A stretch of 64,000 bases of DNA from Candidatus Sumerlaeia bacterium (GCA_033764015.1 JANRJK010000036.1:32001-96000); one strand, 5' to 3'. Shown: positions 35,852 through 45,489, counted from the stretch's first letter. The notes: a model not told the origin generated them from the sequence alone. Numbers and translations are program-made.

Positions 35852-36946
35852 CTAGATCACCATCGCGAAGGGGCTGCGCATGACTTCCGCCTCCATCGAC
35901 TCCGTCTCGTTGCGGAGGTGGAGCCGGGTGCCGACGGCGGACTTGAGCGCGTCGACGAATCCCAGCGCGACGCCGCAGCGGAGCTGCGGGCTGAGGATCG
36001 AGCTGGTGATGTAGCCGATCGGCATCATGCCGAGGCAGATGTCGGCGCGCTCCGGCGGCTGCTGCTGGCCGATGACCTTCAGCATCACCATGCGGCGCTG
36101 GAACTCGGCGGCCATGCTGTGGATGATCCCCAGACGGCCGTTGAAGAAGACCTTGTTGTAGTCGATCAGCGTCACCGCGCCGACCTCGATCGGGGTGACG
36201 TCCTCGCTCAGCTCGCGTCCCACGCCCGCCAGCCCCGCTTCGATGCGGAGCATCTCGATGGCGCGCTCGCCCACCGGCCGCACGCCGTGCGCGCGCCCCG
36301 CCTGCAGGAAGGTCTCGTACAGCGTCGGCAGGTAGACCGAGCCGGCGGTGACGATGAAGCCGTCCAGGCCGCTGAACTTGCGCCGCGAGACCAGGCACCG
36401 GGCGGTGCCCACCTGCGTCAGCTCGGAGCGGTACTCGCGGATCTCCGCGAGGCCGCCGCTCACCGTCTCGAGGAGCATCTGGGCGTTCGGCCCGACGAGT
36501 TCGAGCTGCCCCTGCGACGTGCCGACGTCGATGATCTCGACTGAGAACTCGGGGTGCTCCTCCGCCTGCTGCTGCAGCCACTGGTGGACGCGGGCGCGGT
36601 TCTCGGGGGAGCCGGAGAGCAGGATGTACTGCTCGTCCTTGAACACCGTCACGCGGTCGATGACGCCCCCCTTCTCGTTGCAAAGGAAGCTGGTCGAGAC
36701 GGAGCGGGGTCCCGCGCCGGAGATGTTCGAGGTGAGGACCTGGTCGAGGAAGCCCAGGCGCCCGCTGCCGTTCACGCGGAAGCGCGCCTTGTGGCTGAGG
36801 TCCACGATGCCGACCTGCTTGCGGAGGGCGGTGTACTCCTGCTCGACGCTGGAGAACATCACCGGGACGTCGAAGCCGCCGATATCCTCGAAGTGGGCGC
36901 CGGACTTCTCGTGCAACTGGTGGAGCGGTGACTTCTTCATCGCCAT
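35852..36946 (-). CDS. GcvT-like aminomethyltransferase (folate-binding) protein
   Basis: KKSPLHQLH..SGA.F, EY.ALR..VGIVDLSH, NEKGGVID, LRIEAG, G.ITS...SP. No gcvH or gcvP nearby. Confidence 0.85.
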   Translation of the reverse strand: MAMKKSPLHQLHEKSGAHFEDIGGFDVPVMFSSVEQEYTALRKQVGIVDLSHKARFRVNGSGRLGFLDQVLTSNISGAGPRSVSTSFLCNEKGGVIDRVTVFKDEQYILLSGSPENRARVHQWLQQQAEEHPEFSVEIIDVGTSQGQLELVGPNAQMLLETVSGGLAEIREYRSELTQVGTARCLVSRRKFSGLDGFIVTAGSVYLPTLYETFLQAGRAHGVRPVGERAIEMLRIEAGLAGVGRELSEDVTPIEVGAVTLIDYNKVFFNGRLGIIHSMAAEFQRRMVMLKVIGQQQPPERADICLGMMPIGYITSSILSPQLRCGVALGFVDALKSAVGTRLHLRNETESMEAEVMRSPFAMVI

Positions 36947-37025
36947 GGCCGTGGACGCCTCGCGGGAACAGTGGGCGCAAGATTGCGCGACGCGCCGCGG
37001 GCGGGTCCAGCGCAACCGCGCCGGT

Positions 37026-37661
37026 CTACCGCCCCGGCCCCGAGTCCAGCCGCACGATGTCGCCGGGGCTCGTGGTCCCGTTGGTCGGGTCGTACAGCGT
37101 GTCCACCGGCCCGAGCCCGACGGAATAGGGGAACCAGAGCCGGAATTCTCTGGGATCGAGGCGGCAGTAGGCCCCGAGGGAGTCCTCGATGTCGGGCCCG
37201 ATGCTGACAAGCCCCCAGCCGACGGGCCCTCGCGGCTCGCCGAAGCGCCGCGCGGCGGTGGAGCGGAAATTCTGGTAGAGGAGCGCCTCGTTCGGGTTCG
37301 GGGGGAAGAAGCCCGTCGCCGGCCCGCCCCCCGCGGCGGTGTAGATACGCGCGACGCCGAACGGGTCGCCGAAGCTGCCCCGACCCAGGTACGCCACCGG
37401 AGTGGTGAGCGGCGCCAGTTGGAAGTCCGCTAGGATCGCCAGCGGGTCGTGCGGCAGGACGGGCTCCGTGGGGGGCCAGTCGCTATTGTCGACGCGGTAG
37501 GCATGCAGCGCGTTGCCGACGGTCCGCAGGTTCGAGATTGCGGCGCCGACCTTCGCGCGGGTCTGGGCCTCGAGGAAATTGGGAAGCGCGATCGCGGCCA
37601 GGATCGCGACCACGGCGACGGTGATCAGCAGTTCGACGAGGGTGAAGGCGCGGCGGGTCAT
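37026..37661 (-). CDS. Prepilin-type N-terminal cleavage/methylation domain protein (pseudopilin)
   Basis: RRAFTLVELLITVAVVAILAAIALPNFLEAQTRAKV; LTTPVAYL; SIGPD; YDPTNGTTSPGDI. Confidence 0.9.
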   Translation of the reverse strand: MTRRAFTLVELLITVAVVAILAAIALPNFLEAQTRAKVGAAISNLRTVGNALHAYRVDNSDWPPTEPVLPHDPLAILADFQLAPLTTPVAYLGRGSFGDPFGVARIYTAAGGGPATGFFPPNPNEALLYQNFRSTAARRFGEPRGPVGWGLVSIGPDIEDSLGAYCRLDPREFRLWFPYSVGLGPVDTLYDPTNGTTSPGDIVRLDSGPGR

Positions 37662-38446
37662 CGTCCGGGGGCCCCCGAGGGGTAGCGGCGCGCGGCGGCG
37701 TCCGCGGCGGCGGCTTGGACCGCCTCCCGCGCCCATGCGGGGCGCGCTTCGCCCGCGAGGGGAGCCGCGCTCGGCGCCGCCCCCGGTGAAGCTGTGGCCC
37801 CTTGGCCCGCCTCGACGCGCGCCTCGTCCCCCGCCGGGGACGCGACGAGCACCACGCCCGACTCGACCACGGTCCGCGTACCGGAAGGACCCGCGGAGAC
37901 TCCGAAGGAGGTGCCCAGGGCCGTCGACGTCCCGTCCGGGGTCCGCACGGCGTATCTTCCCGAATCGGGCCTTACGTCGCTCCAGACTTCGCCCAGCTCG
38001 AGGAACACCTCGTCCCTCGAGTCGATCCGCACCCGCGTGCCCTCCGCGAGGCAGAGGAGGATGCGGGAGTCGTCCAGCATCACGCAGAGGCGCTCGCCCG
38101 GACCGGTGACGAAGTTGCGTCCCCAAGCGACGCGCTCTACGGAAGCGCCGGCGCCGCTCCGCCAAACGGGGCAGTCCTCCGCGCGCCGGGGGAGGAGGCG
38201 CATCCCGAGCGGGAACGACAAGGCGAGCAGCGTAACCGCGGCCGCGGCCAGCGCCCAGGGCTCCCATCGGCGGGCGGGACGGCTGTGCGGCCCGGCGGTG
38301 GCGCCGACCCGCTCCTCCTCGATCCTGGCCCGGACGCGGGCGGCCATGGCGGCGCGCGAAGCGGAGGCGGCGATCTGCTCCGCCGCCCCCTCGCGCCCGA
38401 GCGCTTCGGCCAGAATGAGGTCTTTATCTCTTCCGTCGCTGTTCAT
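37658..38446 (-). CDS. FecR-domain anti-sigma factor
   Basis: Single TM segment, then TGPGERL.V.LDD, LELGEVW, VRTPDG...ALGTSFGV, VESGVV.V. Confidence 0.85.
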   Translation of the reverse strand: MNSDGRDKDLILAEALGREGAAEQIAASASRAAMAARVRARIEEERVGATAGPHSRPARRWEPWALAAAAVTLLALSFPLGMRLLPRRAEDCPVWRSGAGASVERVAWGRNFVTGPGERLCVMLDDSRILLCLAEGTRVRIDSRDEVFLELGEVWSDVRPDSGRYAVRTPDGTSTALGTSFGVSAGPSGTRTVVESGVVLVASPAGDEARVEAGQGATASPGAAPSAAPLAGEARPAWAREAVQAAAADAAARRYPSGAPGR

Positions 38447-39111
38447 GGCAGCAACTCCTCCATGCGGATGCCTTGCGCTTCAAGGACTGCCCGCGCCTTC
38501 GCGAGCGAACGCTGCAGCTTCACTCCGACGGTGCCCATCGGCATATCGAGGGTCGCCGAGAGCTCCTTGATCGCGAGGCCGGCGAAGAAGCGCAGCGTGA
38601 GGAGCTCGCGCTCCGCGTCGGCAAGCTGGTCGAGCGCATGGAGGAGCCAGCGTCGGCGTTCGCGGTGGCGGAGCCCCTCGTCCTGGGCGCCGTCGACGGC
38701 GGGAGCCTGGCGGGCCAGCTCCTCCGGGTCCGTGGCGCGGGTGAGCGCCGCCGACGGCGCGCGGCGCACGCGGCCCGCCTGGCGCCGCGCCACAGTGAAT
38801 ATCCAAGGACCCAGCTCGCGGGGGCCGCGGAGCTGCCCCCGCTGCCGCCAAGCGGCCACGAAGGCCTCCTGCGCGATGTCGTCCGCCAGCTCGTGGTCGC
38901 CGGTCCAGGCCCGGAGCCACGCGACCAGGCGCGGCTGCAGCCGCTCCACGAGCAGATCCACCGCCGCAGGGTCGCCCTGCTGGAAGCGCTCGAACTCCCC
39001 CGGGGCGAGGATCGCGTCGGCCGCACCCGCGGTCTCCTCGGCGCCCGGGTTCCGGGCGAAGGCGTCGAAGGCGTGAAGGAGGGCAACGGCGGACAAGTCG
39101 GTGCGGGGCAT
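38443..39111 (-). CDS. ECF-type RNA polymerase sigma factor
   Basis: ADDIAQEAFVAAW (region 2); LRFFAGLAIKELSATLDMPMGTVGVKLQRS (region 4). Alternative start at 39150. Confidence 0.9.
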   Translation of the reverse strand: MPRTDLSAVALLHAFDAFARNPGAEETAGAADAILAPGEFERFQQGDPAAVDLLVERLQPRLVAWLRAWTGDHELADDIAQEAFVAAWRQRGQLRGPRELGPWIFTVARRQAGRVRRAPSAALTRATDPEELARQAPAVDGAQDEGLRHRERRRWLLHALDQLADAERELLTLRFFAGLAIKELSATLDMPMGTVGVKLQRSLAKARAVLEAQGIRMEELLP

Positions 39112-39275
39112 CCGGGAGAGGGTGTCTAGGAGGAGTGTGCGCCGGTCCACCCGGTTTTTTACATCCCCGCAACAAAATCACCGGCACGCGCCCCGAATGA
39201 AAAAAAGAACCGGCGCGGTGGCACTAAAGCTTAGTCCGGCACCGCCACCCCCACTTCCCACGAAGGACAGTTCCC

Positions 39276-40274
39276 ATGAGGCCCCAACTCCGCGCCGCAA
39301 TCGCCATCCTCGCCGTTGCCGCCGCCGCCGTCGGTGCCCAGGCGCAATGCACCGACGTCCGCGAGGGGCCCTACTTCGGTCCCCTAAACGGGATGGATGC
39401 GTTCATCGTCCTGTGCTGGCCGGTCGCCTACGATGCCGGCACGGTGTTCACCGACTCGACGGGCGCGCCGATCACGCTCGCCGAGATCCCCCTGAACGCC
39501 ACGGTCCGCGCCACCGGGTGCGTTTTCAACAGTTTCTGGCTGCAGGCGGAGACGGTGCAGGTGCTCACACCGATCCAGCGGGAATGCACGGAGACCACGA
39601 GCGGCCTCTTGTTCGCCCACGACCCGGACGCCATGACGCTGAACGTGAACTGCTGGCCGGTCCACTACACCGGAAGCACGGTGTTCGAAGACTCGAACGG
39701 CTCCTCGATCCTGCCGGGCGACATCCCCGTCTTCGACGAAGTGACGGTCACCGGCTGCGCGGAGGACGACTTCACCATCACGGCCAACAAGGTCGTTTGG
39801 AACCGCGCGCCGTTCACCACGCTCGACTCCACCTTCGACGACGCGGTGGTCCTCGGCAGCAACGGCGCATCGAGCTACTTCGTGCAGAGCACCACGGACC
39901 CGGGGGTCGCCGCGACGGGGACGCCGAACCCGGCGCTGACGCTCCAGATCGGCAAGCGCTACATGTTCTCGTTCGCCAACCCCGCGGCGCACCCGTTCGC
40001 GCTGGTCCGCCGCGGCGCGACCCCGGCGGCGGACCAGGTGCTCCTCGTCCAGGGCGCCGGCGCGGGCTCCCTCGAGGGAGACGCCGCGATCGGCTGGACG
40101 GACAACGGGGCGGACTTCTTCTTCACGCTCACCCAGGAGCTGGCGGACGCGATGAACGGAGCCCCTTCGGCGGATGCGGGCTACCGCTGCAACATCCACT
40201 CGGGCGCCATGCGCGGGACGATCACGACGGTCGGAGCGGCCAGCGTCGGCACGGGTTGGATGATCTACCACTAA
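39276..40274 (+). CDS. Secreted protein: two DUF5666-like repeats plus cupredoxin-like domain plus short C-terminal tail
   Basis: AAGGA SD; signal peptide; 2x CWPV.Y...TVF.DS.G..I...IP....V..TGC; HPF...YRCNIHSGAMRG. Confidence 0.8.
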   Translation: MRPQLRAAIAILAVAAAAVGAQAQCTDVREGPYFGPLNGMDAFIVLCWPVAYDAGTVFTDSTGAPITLAEIPLNATVRATGCVFNSFWLQAETVQVLTPIQRECTETTSGLLFAHDPDAMTLNVNCWPVHYTGSTVFEDSNGSSILPGDIPVFDEVTVTGCAEDDFTITANKVVWNRAPFTTLDSTFDDAVVLGSNGASSYFVQSTTDPGVAATGTPNPALTLQIGKRYMFSFANPAAHPFALVRRGATPAADQVLLVQGAGAGSLEGDAAIGWTDNGADFFFTLTQELADAMNGAPSADAGYRCNIHSGAMRGTITTVGAASVGTGWMIYH

Positions 40275-40280
40275 GGCGCA

Positions 40281-41288
40281 TCACAGGGCGAGGGCGGCCG
40301 CGAGGAATCGGAAGGCGGCCCCCTCGCCCCAGAGGCGCCACCGGCCGGGGGGCGCGGCGGAGACGAAGCCCACGTGCCCGCCTTGGCGGGGGAAGTGCGG
40401 CAGCACCCAGCGGCTGCGCGATTCCGGCGCCCACGGCAGCGAAGCGCCGGGAATCAGCGGGTCGTCCTGCGCGTTCAGCAGCAGCAGCGGGCGCCGCACC
40501 CCGCGCAGCACGCGGAGCGAGCTCGAACGGTGGTAGTAGTCCCACACATCGGCGAAGCCGTGAAGCGGCGCGGTCGCGCGGTCGTCCAGTTCGACGATGG
40601 AGCGCGCGCCGCGGATCGAGTCCGCGTCGAGCAGGTGGGGCAGCTCCGCCGCCTTGGCGAGCGCCTTCGGCACCAGCGATTCGAGAAAGCGCCGTGTGTA
40701 GACGCCCCGGAGCGACCTGTCGAGCGCGGGCCCGCAGGCCGTGAGGTCGATCGGGGCGGAGTAGGCGACCGCGGCGGCGAGCGGCGTGTCGCTGCCGGAC
40801 TCGCCGAGCAGCTTGGCGAGGACGTTGCCTCCCATGGAGACACCGACGGCGACCAGGCGGCGGTCCGGCTCGCGGCGGCGCAGCTCGGCGAGCACCGCCG
40901 CCAAGTCGCCGGTCTCGCCGCTGTGGTACAGGCGCGGGGCGCCCGGCATCGGCGAGCCGCCGCAGCTCCGGAACTCGAGGAGCGTCGCGTGCCATCCGCG
41001 CCGCGCGGCTTGGCGGAGCAGCCCTTTGGCGTAGTGGGACTCGACGCTGCCTTCGAGGCCGTGGAGCAGCACCGCGCGCGGCGCGCCGCGCAGGCCCGCG
41101 AGGTGGTGGAGGCGCACGGTATCGCCGTCCGGCAGCCGCAAGTCCTCGACTCGCAGCGGCGGCGCCGCCACGCGTCGGAAGAGCGCCGGGGCGATGGTCT
41201 GGAGGTGCGGGTTGGCGAGGAGCGGCGCGGGACGGAAGGGCTCGCTCGCGAGGACGGCGCGGAGCGCGCGCCGGAGCGCGGGCGTCAC
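40281..41288 (-). CDS. Alpha/beta hydrolase, YheT family
   Basis: NPHLQT, LHGLEGS, FRSCGG, YHSGETGD, GVSMGG nucleophile elbow, NAQDDP, GGHVGF. Confidence 0.92.
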   Translation of the reverse strand: MTPALRRALRAVLASEPFRPAPLLANPHLQTIAPALFRRVAAPPLRVEDLRLPDGDTVRLHHLAGLRGAPRAVLLHGLEGSVESHYAKGLLRQAARRGWHATLLEFRSCGGSPMPGAPRLYHSGETGDLAAVLAELRRREPDRRLVAVGVSMGGNVLAKLLGESGSDTPLAAAVAYSAPIDLTACGPALDRSLRGVYTRRFLESLVPKALAKAAELPHLLDADSIRGARSIVELDDRATAPLHGFADVWDYYHRSSSLRVLRGVRRPLLLLNAQDDPLIPGASLPWAPESRSRWVLPHFPRQGGHVGFVSAAPPGRWRLWGEGAAFRFLAAALAL

Positions 41289-41881
41289 GCCCCCGGGGAC
41301 TGCCAGCCGGCGCTGTCGTACTCCATGTAGCGGGCCGTGCGCGACGCCTGCTCCGCGCCATGGAGGCGCGCCAGCACGTGGAGGCTCGCGTCGATCCCCG
41401 CCGAGACTCCGGCGGAGCAGACGATCCGTCCGTTGTCGACGATCCGGGACGAGCGGACCTCGCAGCGGGGCGCGAAGGCGCGCAGCTCCGCCGCGGTGCT
41501 GTGGTGCGTCGCGGCGGCGAGGCCGTCGAGCAAACCGGCGGAAGCGAGCAGGAATGAACCGCTGCACACGGAGAGCGTCACTTCCGCTTTCGCGGACTTC
41601 GCCCGGATGTACTGGATCAATTGCTCGTTCTTCGTCTGGATCTTCCGCCCCGCGCCGCCGGGCACCACGAGCACCTGCGGCTCGCAGTAGTTCGCGAAGC
41701 TGATCGAGGGCAGGATCGTGAGGCCGCCGGAGCAAACGATGGGGCGCTCCGCCTCCGCCACGGTGACCACGCGGAAGAGAGCGCGCTCCTGCGTGTCCAA
41801 CGCGGAGGCGAACACTTGGAACGGGCCGCAGGCGTCGAGCACTTCCACGTTGTCGTACAGCAGGATGGCGACGGTCTTCAC
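41285..41881 (-). CDS. DJ-1/PfpI family protein
   Basis: VEVLDACGPFQVF, VVPGGAG, SVCSGSFLLA.AGLLDG..ATTH, SAGVSAGID. Confidence 0.92.
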   Translation of the reverse strand: MKTVAILLYDNVEVLDACGPFQVFASALDTQERALFRVVTVAEAERPIVCSGGLTILPSISFANYCEPQVLVVPGGAGRKIQTKNEQLIQYIRAKSAKAEVTLSVCSGSFLLASAGLLDGLAAATHHSTAAELRAFAPRCEVRSSRIVDNGRIVCSAGVSAGIDASLHVLARLHGAEQASRTARYMEYDSAGWQSPGA

Positions 41882-43326
41882 AGGTTCGGAACTCCGGGTT
41901 CTGGCGGTCTGCGCTGAAACCATGGGAGTGCTTCCTCCAGCTCCGCGGCAAGCCGAAGCAAAGTGCCCTCCGATCCGTAGTGGCCCATCGCGTGGACACC
42001 CACCGGCAGCCCCTCCGCGCTCCAATGGGTCGGAGCGGAGAACGCGGGCAGTCCCGCGAAGTTCGCCACCTGCGTGAAGGGGGTGAAGTGGAAGCCCTTC
42101 AGCAGCGCGTCCTTCGTCGGCGCCGCTGGATCGGGCAGGAAGGCGCCAAGGGGGGGCGGGAGTTGCGCCAGCGTCGGCGTCAGCCACGCGTCGAAGCCCG
42201 CGAGCGAGCGGGCGACGCCCCTCGCGGCGCGCTGCAGCGAGGCGTGCGCGCGCAGCAGCTCGCGCGCGGAGTACCGGTTGCCGAGTTCCGCGAGCACCAG
42301 CGTCAGCGGCTCGAAGAAGGGCTCCGCAGCGGGGACGCCCGCCGCGAAGCAGAGCCCCTCGACCGCCTCCGCGGCGCTGGAAAGCCAGAGGACCGTGAAC
42401 GCCGTGACGACTTCCTCGCCATCCAGCGGCAGGCGGTGCTCGACCACCTCGTGCCCGAGCGATTCGAGCGCCTCCGCGGCGCAGCGGACGGCGGCGGCGC
42501 ACTCCGGATGGACCGGCCCGCCGTAGGGCGACGCGTCCTGCAGCGCGAGGCGCAACGGACGGCGCGTCGCGGCGGCCGCCGCCAGGAAGGAACCTTCCAT
42601 CGCGGGCGCCGCGTACGGGTCTCCCGGGGCGGGCCCCGCCAGCGCGTCCAGCAGCGCCGCGCTGTCGCGTACGGAGCGCGTGATGACGTGCTCGGAGACG
42701 AGGCCCAGCAGCACGTCTCCGCGCGCGGGGCCAAGGCTGGTGCGGCCCCGAGACGGCTTGAGCCCGAAGACGCCGCAGCAGGAGGACGGGATGCGGATGG
42801 AGCCGCCGCCGTCGTTGCCGTGCGCGGCCGGGACCATGCCGCTGGCCACGGCCGCCGCGCTGCCGCCGCTGGAGCCACCCGGCGAACGCGCCGTGTCCCA
42901 CGGATTCCGCGCCGGTCCGTGCAGCAGAGGCTCCGTGGTCGGCACGAGGCCGAACTCCGGCGAGTTGGCGCGTCCGACGACGAGCGCGCCGCTGGCGCGC
43001 AGGCGCGCGGCGAGCTCGCTGTCGTAGCCGCACACGTTGTCCTTCAACAGGCGGCAGCCCGCGGAGTTCCGCGTGCCCGCCATCTCGCCCATCAGGTCCT
43101 TCAGAAGCATGGGCACGCCCGCGAACGGCAGCGAGCGGTCCACGCGGCCGGCCTCGGCGAGCGCCTCCTCCGCACGGCGCCACACGACGGCGTTGAGGGC
43201 GGGGTTGAGCGCTTCGATGCGGCGCAGCGCGGCCGCCACCAGTTCGCGAGGATGGACGTCTCCGCGGCGGACCAGCTCCGCCTGCGCGGTGGCGTCGAGC
43301 CACTGGAGTTCGTCGAGCGGCGCCAT
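41878..43326 (-). CDS. Amidase (amidase signature family)
   Basis: [40 protein letters not shown]. Confidence 0.95.
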   Translation of the reverse strand: MAPLDELQWLDATAQAELVRRGDVHPRELVAAALRRIEALNPALNAVVWRRAEEALAEAGRVDRSLPFAGVPMLLKDLMGEMAGTRNSAGCRLLKDNVCGYDSELAARLRASGALVVGRANSPEFGLVPTTEPLLHGPARNPWDTARSPGGSSGGSAAAVASGMVPAAHGNDGGGSIRIPSSCCGVFGLKPSRGRTSLGPARGDVLLGLVSEHVITRSVRDSAALLDALAGPAPGDPYAAPAMEGSFLAAAAATRRPLRLALQDASPYGGPVHPECAAAVRCAAEALESLGHEVVEHRLPLDGEEVVTAFTVLWLSSAAEAVEGLCFAAGVPAAEPFFEPLTLVLAELGNRYSARELLRAHASLQRAARGVARSLAGFDAWLTPTLAQLPPPLGAFLPDPAAPTKDALLKGFHFTPFTQVANFAGLPAFSAPTHWSAEGLPVGVHAMGHYGSEGTLLRLAAELEEALPWFQRRPPEPGVPNL

Positions 43327-43329
43327 GCG

Positions 43330-44727
43330 TCAGTCCTCGTCCTCGAACGGTTCGCCTTCGCGGGAGCGGTCGCGGCGCTCCTCCTTCCAACCGATGCGGC
43401 GGCGGCCGCGGGCCTCCTTGAAGCGGGCCTTCTCCCACGGATCCATCTCGTCGGTGTCTCGCATCCACACCTCCGGGGGCGGGGCGAGGTCCGGCGGCAG
43501 CTCGATGCCCGCCTCGTCGGCGCGCTTGCGCGGGGGCGGGGCCCGCTTTTCGGGGGGAAGGGCCTTTAGCAGCTCCGCGCGGCGCGCCGCTTCGCGCGCG
43601 GACCAGGAGCGTTCGGCGTCGAGCCAGGCGGCGGCGTTCTCGGCGCTGGGCAGCGCGAGCAGCCGGCGCGCCTCCGCGAGGGCCTTGACGGACTTCCACC
43701 ACTCTTCCGGGAAGAGCGCGCGCCCGTACCGCGCGGCGAGCAGCCCGGCGAGCAGCGCGCACACCAGCGCCGTCTCGCCGCCGAGGTTCACCGCGGTCTC
43801 GAGCGCGAGCCCGGGCGGGCGCTCGCCGAGCGCGAGGTAGAGTGTCCACGGGACGCACGCCGCGGCAAACCCGTGCATGGGATGCGTCACCGGCGAGTCG
43901 GGACCGAAGTCGCCGATGCCCCCGAGGATCGTGTTGACCGCGAGCGTGTCGTTCCCCTCGCGCAGCAGCGACGCGAGCGGGGCGAGCGCCTCGGCGAAGG
44001 GCCGCGCGGGGGGCTCCCATTCGGCCTCGCGCCAGCCGGCGCCGTACTCGCGGACGAGTTGGCGCTCGTACTCCGCGCAGTCGGAGCGCAGCCGCTCGAG
44101 CAGCGCCGCGCGGTCGAAGCGCGCGCCGTCGGCCTCCGCGAGGAGCAGCTCCGCGCAGCGCGCCACCGCGAAGCCGGCGGCGAGGGGGAGCTGGCGGTGG
44201 TGCGTGAGGCGCATCAGGTCGCGGGTGCGCTCGTCCCCCGCGGGCCACCCCGTCGCGGCCGCAGCCAGCGCCGCGGCAGCGCAGGAGGCGCCCTTGCTGC
44301 CCCGCCTTCCGGTGAGGAAGTCGCCGCGCTCCCACGGATAGTCTTCGCGCCACTGCTTCACCGCGGCGCGCAGCGGCCGTCCGGGCCAGCGCAGGGCGCC
44401 CGGAGTGGCCTCGTCGGGGCCGGCCAGCTCGAGCAGCGCCGACGCAACCCGGGCGACCTCGTCGCGGCCGAGCTCGTCCTGGCCCGCGGTCGCGGCAACC
44501 GCCAGCGCCGTCTGCCCGAGCGCGGAGTGGAGACCCGCCTCGCGGTAGCGGTCCGGCCGGTCCGTCAACAGGTTGCCGTCCGCGAGCGGCCCCGCGACGA
44601 CCCCCGCGAGTTGCTGCACATGCCCCTGCCGGATGCCCGCGAGAGGGTATCCGAGCACGTCGCCGAGCAGCATCGACCCGGTGATCGCGGCGCGCCGGGA
44701 GTCCGCGGGGGGGGTCTCGAACCGCAC
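43330..44727 (-). CDS. ADP-ribosylglycohydrolase-like protein (metal-binding motifs degenerate)
   Basis: RAAITGSMLLGDVLGYP, RLTH, AVNLGGET...AGLLAARYG...PEEW. Start approximate. Confidence 0.75.
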   Translation of the reverse strand: MRFETPPADSRRAAITGSMLLGDVLGYPLAGIRQGHVQQLAGVVAGPLADGNLLTDRPDRYREAGLHSALGQTALAVAATAGQDELGRDEVARVASALLELAGPDEATPGALRWPGRPLRAAVKQWREDYPWERGDFLTGRRGSKGASCAAAALAAAATGWPAGDERTRDLMRLTHHRQLPLAAGFAVARCAELLLAEADGARFDRAALLERLRSDCAEYERQLVREYGAGWREAEWEPPARPFAEALAPLASLLREGNDTLAVNTILGGIGDFGPDSPVTHPMHGFAAACVPWTLYLALGERPPGLALETAVNLGGETALVCALLAGLLAARYGRALFPEEWWKSVKALAEARRLLALPSAENAAAWLDAERSWSAREAARRAELLKALPPEKRAPPPRKRADEAGIELPPDLAPPPEVWMRDTDEMDPWEKARFKEARGRRRIGWKEERRDRSREGEPFEDED

Positions 44728-44732
44728 GGCGA

Positions 44733-45152
44733 TCAGTCCGCGAGCGCGCTGGCGTCGAACGCCCCGGGCAGCAGTTCGGCGACGCGCCACCAGCGCATCG
44801 CGCCATCGCTGCCGAAGCAGAGGACGGGCATGTCGCGGTTGAACTCCGCGAGCACTTGGCGGCATGCGCCGCAAGGCGTGAGCACGTCGGGCTTGGGACC
44901 GAGCACGACGCACGCCACCGGGCGCCCTCCGCCCGCCGCGACCATCGCGCCGATGGCTACGCGCTCCGCGCAATTCGTCAGCCCGTAGCTGGCGTTCTCG
45001 ACATTGCAGCCGCCGAACACCTCGCCGCGTTCCGTCAGCAACGCGGCGCCCACGTGGAAATCCGAGTACGGCGCGTAGGCGCGGGACTGCGCGAGGCGCG
45101 CCTCGCCGAGCAGTCGGTGGATCGTCGCGTCGTCGATCGGTGGCGGGGCCAT
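44733..45152 (-). CDS. cdd: Cytidine deaminase
   Basis: AYAPYSDFHVGAA, GCNVENASYGLTNCAER, TPCGACRQVLAEF; GGAGG SD. Confidence 0.95.
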   Translation of the reverse strand: MAPPPIDDATIHRLLGEARLAQSRAYAPYSDFHVGAALLTERGEVFGGCNVENASYGLTNCAERVAIGAMVAAGGGRPVACVVLGPKPDVLTPCGACRQVLAEFNRDMPVLCFGSDGAMRWWRVAELLPGAFDASALAD

Positions 45153-45415
45153 GGGGTAACCTCCGGGGCGCTGGCGGCGGCTTCGGGGCCGCGCACCCGC
45201 AACCATGACCTCCCCGCGCCAACGCGCAAGCCCGTCCGTCGCGGGCGGGAGGGCGGCGGGGCGGTGGGGCGGGCCGGTGGCCCTCCATCGTGATGTGCGC
45301 GTCGAGAGTTCCCGGGGGAACGCCCCGGGAAGGCGACCCACGGAAGAGCCGGAGGACAAACGGCCCGGTCCATCCGCCCCGTGCCCCTCCCCCCGGGACG
45401 GCGCCGGTGGACCGG

Positions 45416-45444
45416 TTGACACCGCCGGGCGGCGGGCTTAACTT
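45416..45444 (+). promoter_or_regulatory. Putative sigma70 promoter
   Basis: TTGACA-17 nt-TAACTT upstream of the PEGA/kinase operon. Confidence 0.55.
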
Positions 45445-45489
45445 CAACATTGAAGTGGGCAAAGCGACTCCCTAGGCGCGGGACGGTTC

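Noticed and set aside
35852..36946. Assigning the symbol gcvT
   Set aside because: The typical TGYTGE motif reads RKFSGL and gcvH/gcvP are absent, so only a family-level call is supported.
39220..39236. TGGCAC upstream of the cupredoxin-like gene as a sigma54 promoter
   Set aside because: The GC of the -12 element is not at the required spacing.
41882..44806. 1173-aa ORF as a giant DJ-1 fusion
   Set aside because: Only the last 198 codons (from GTG 41881) look like protein. The rest is an alternative frame over the amidase and ARH-like genes.
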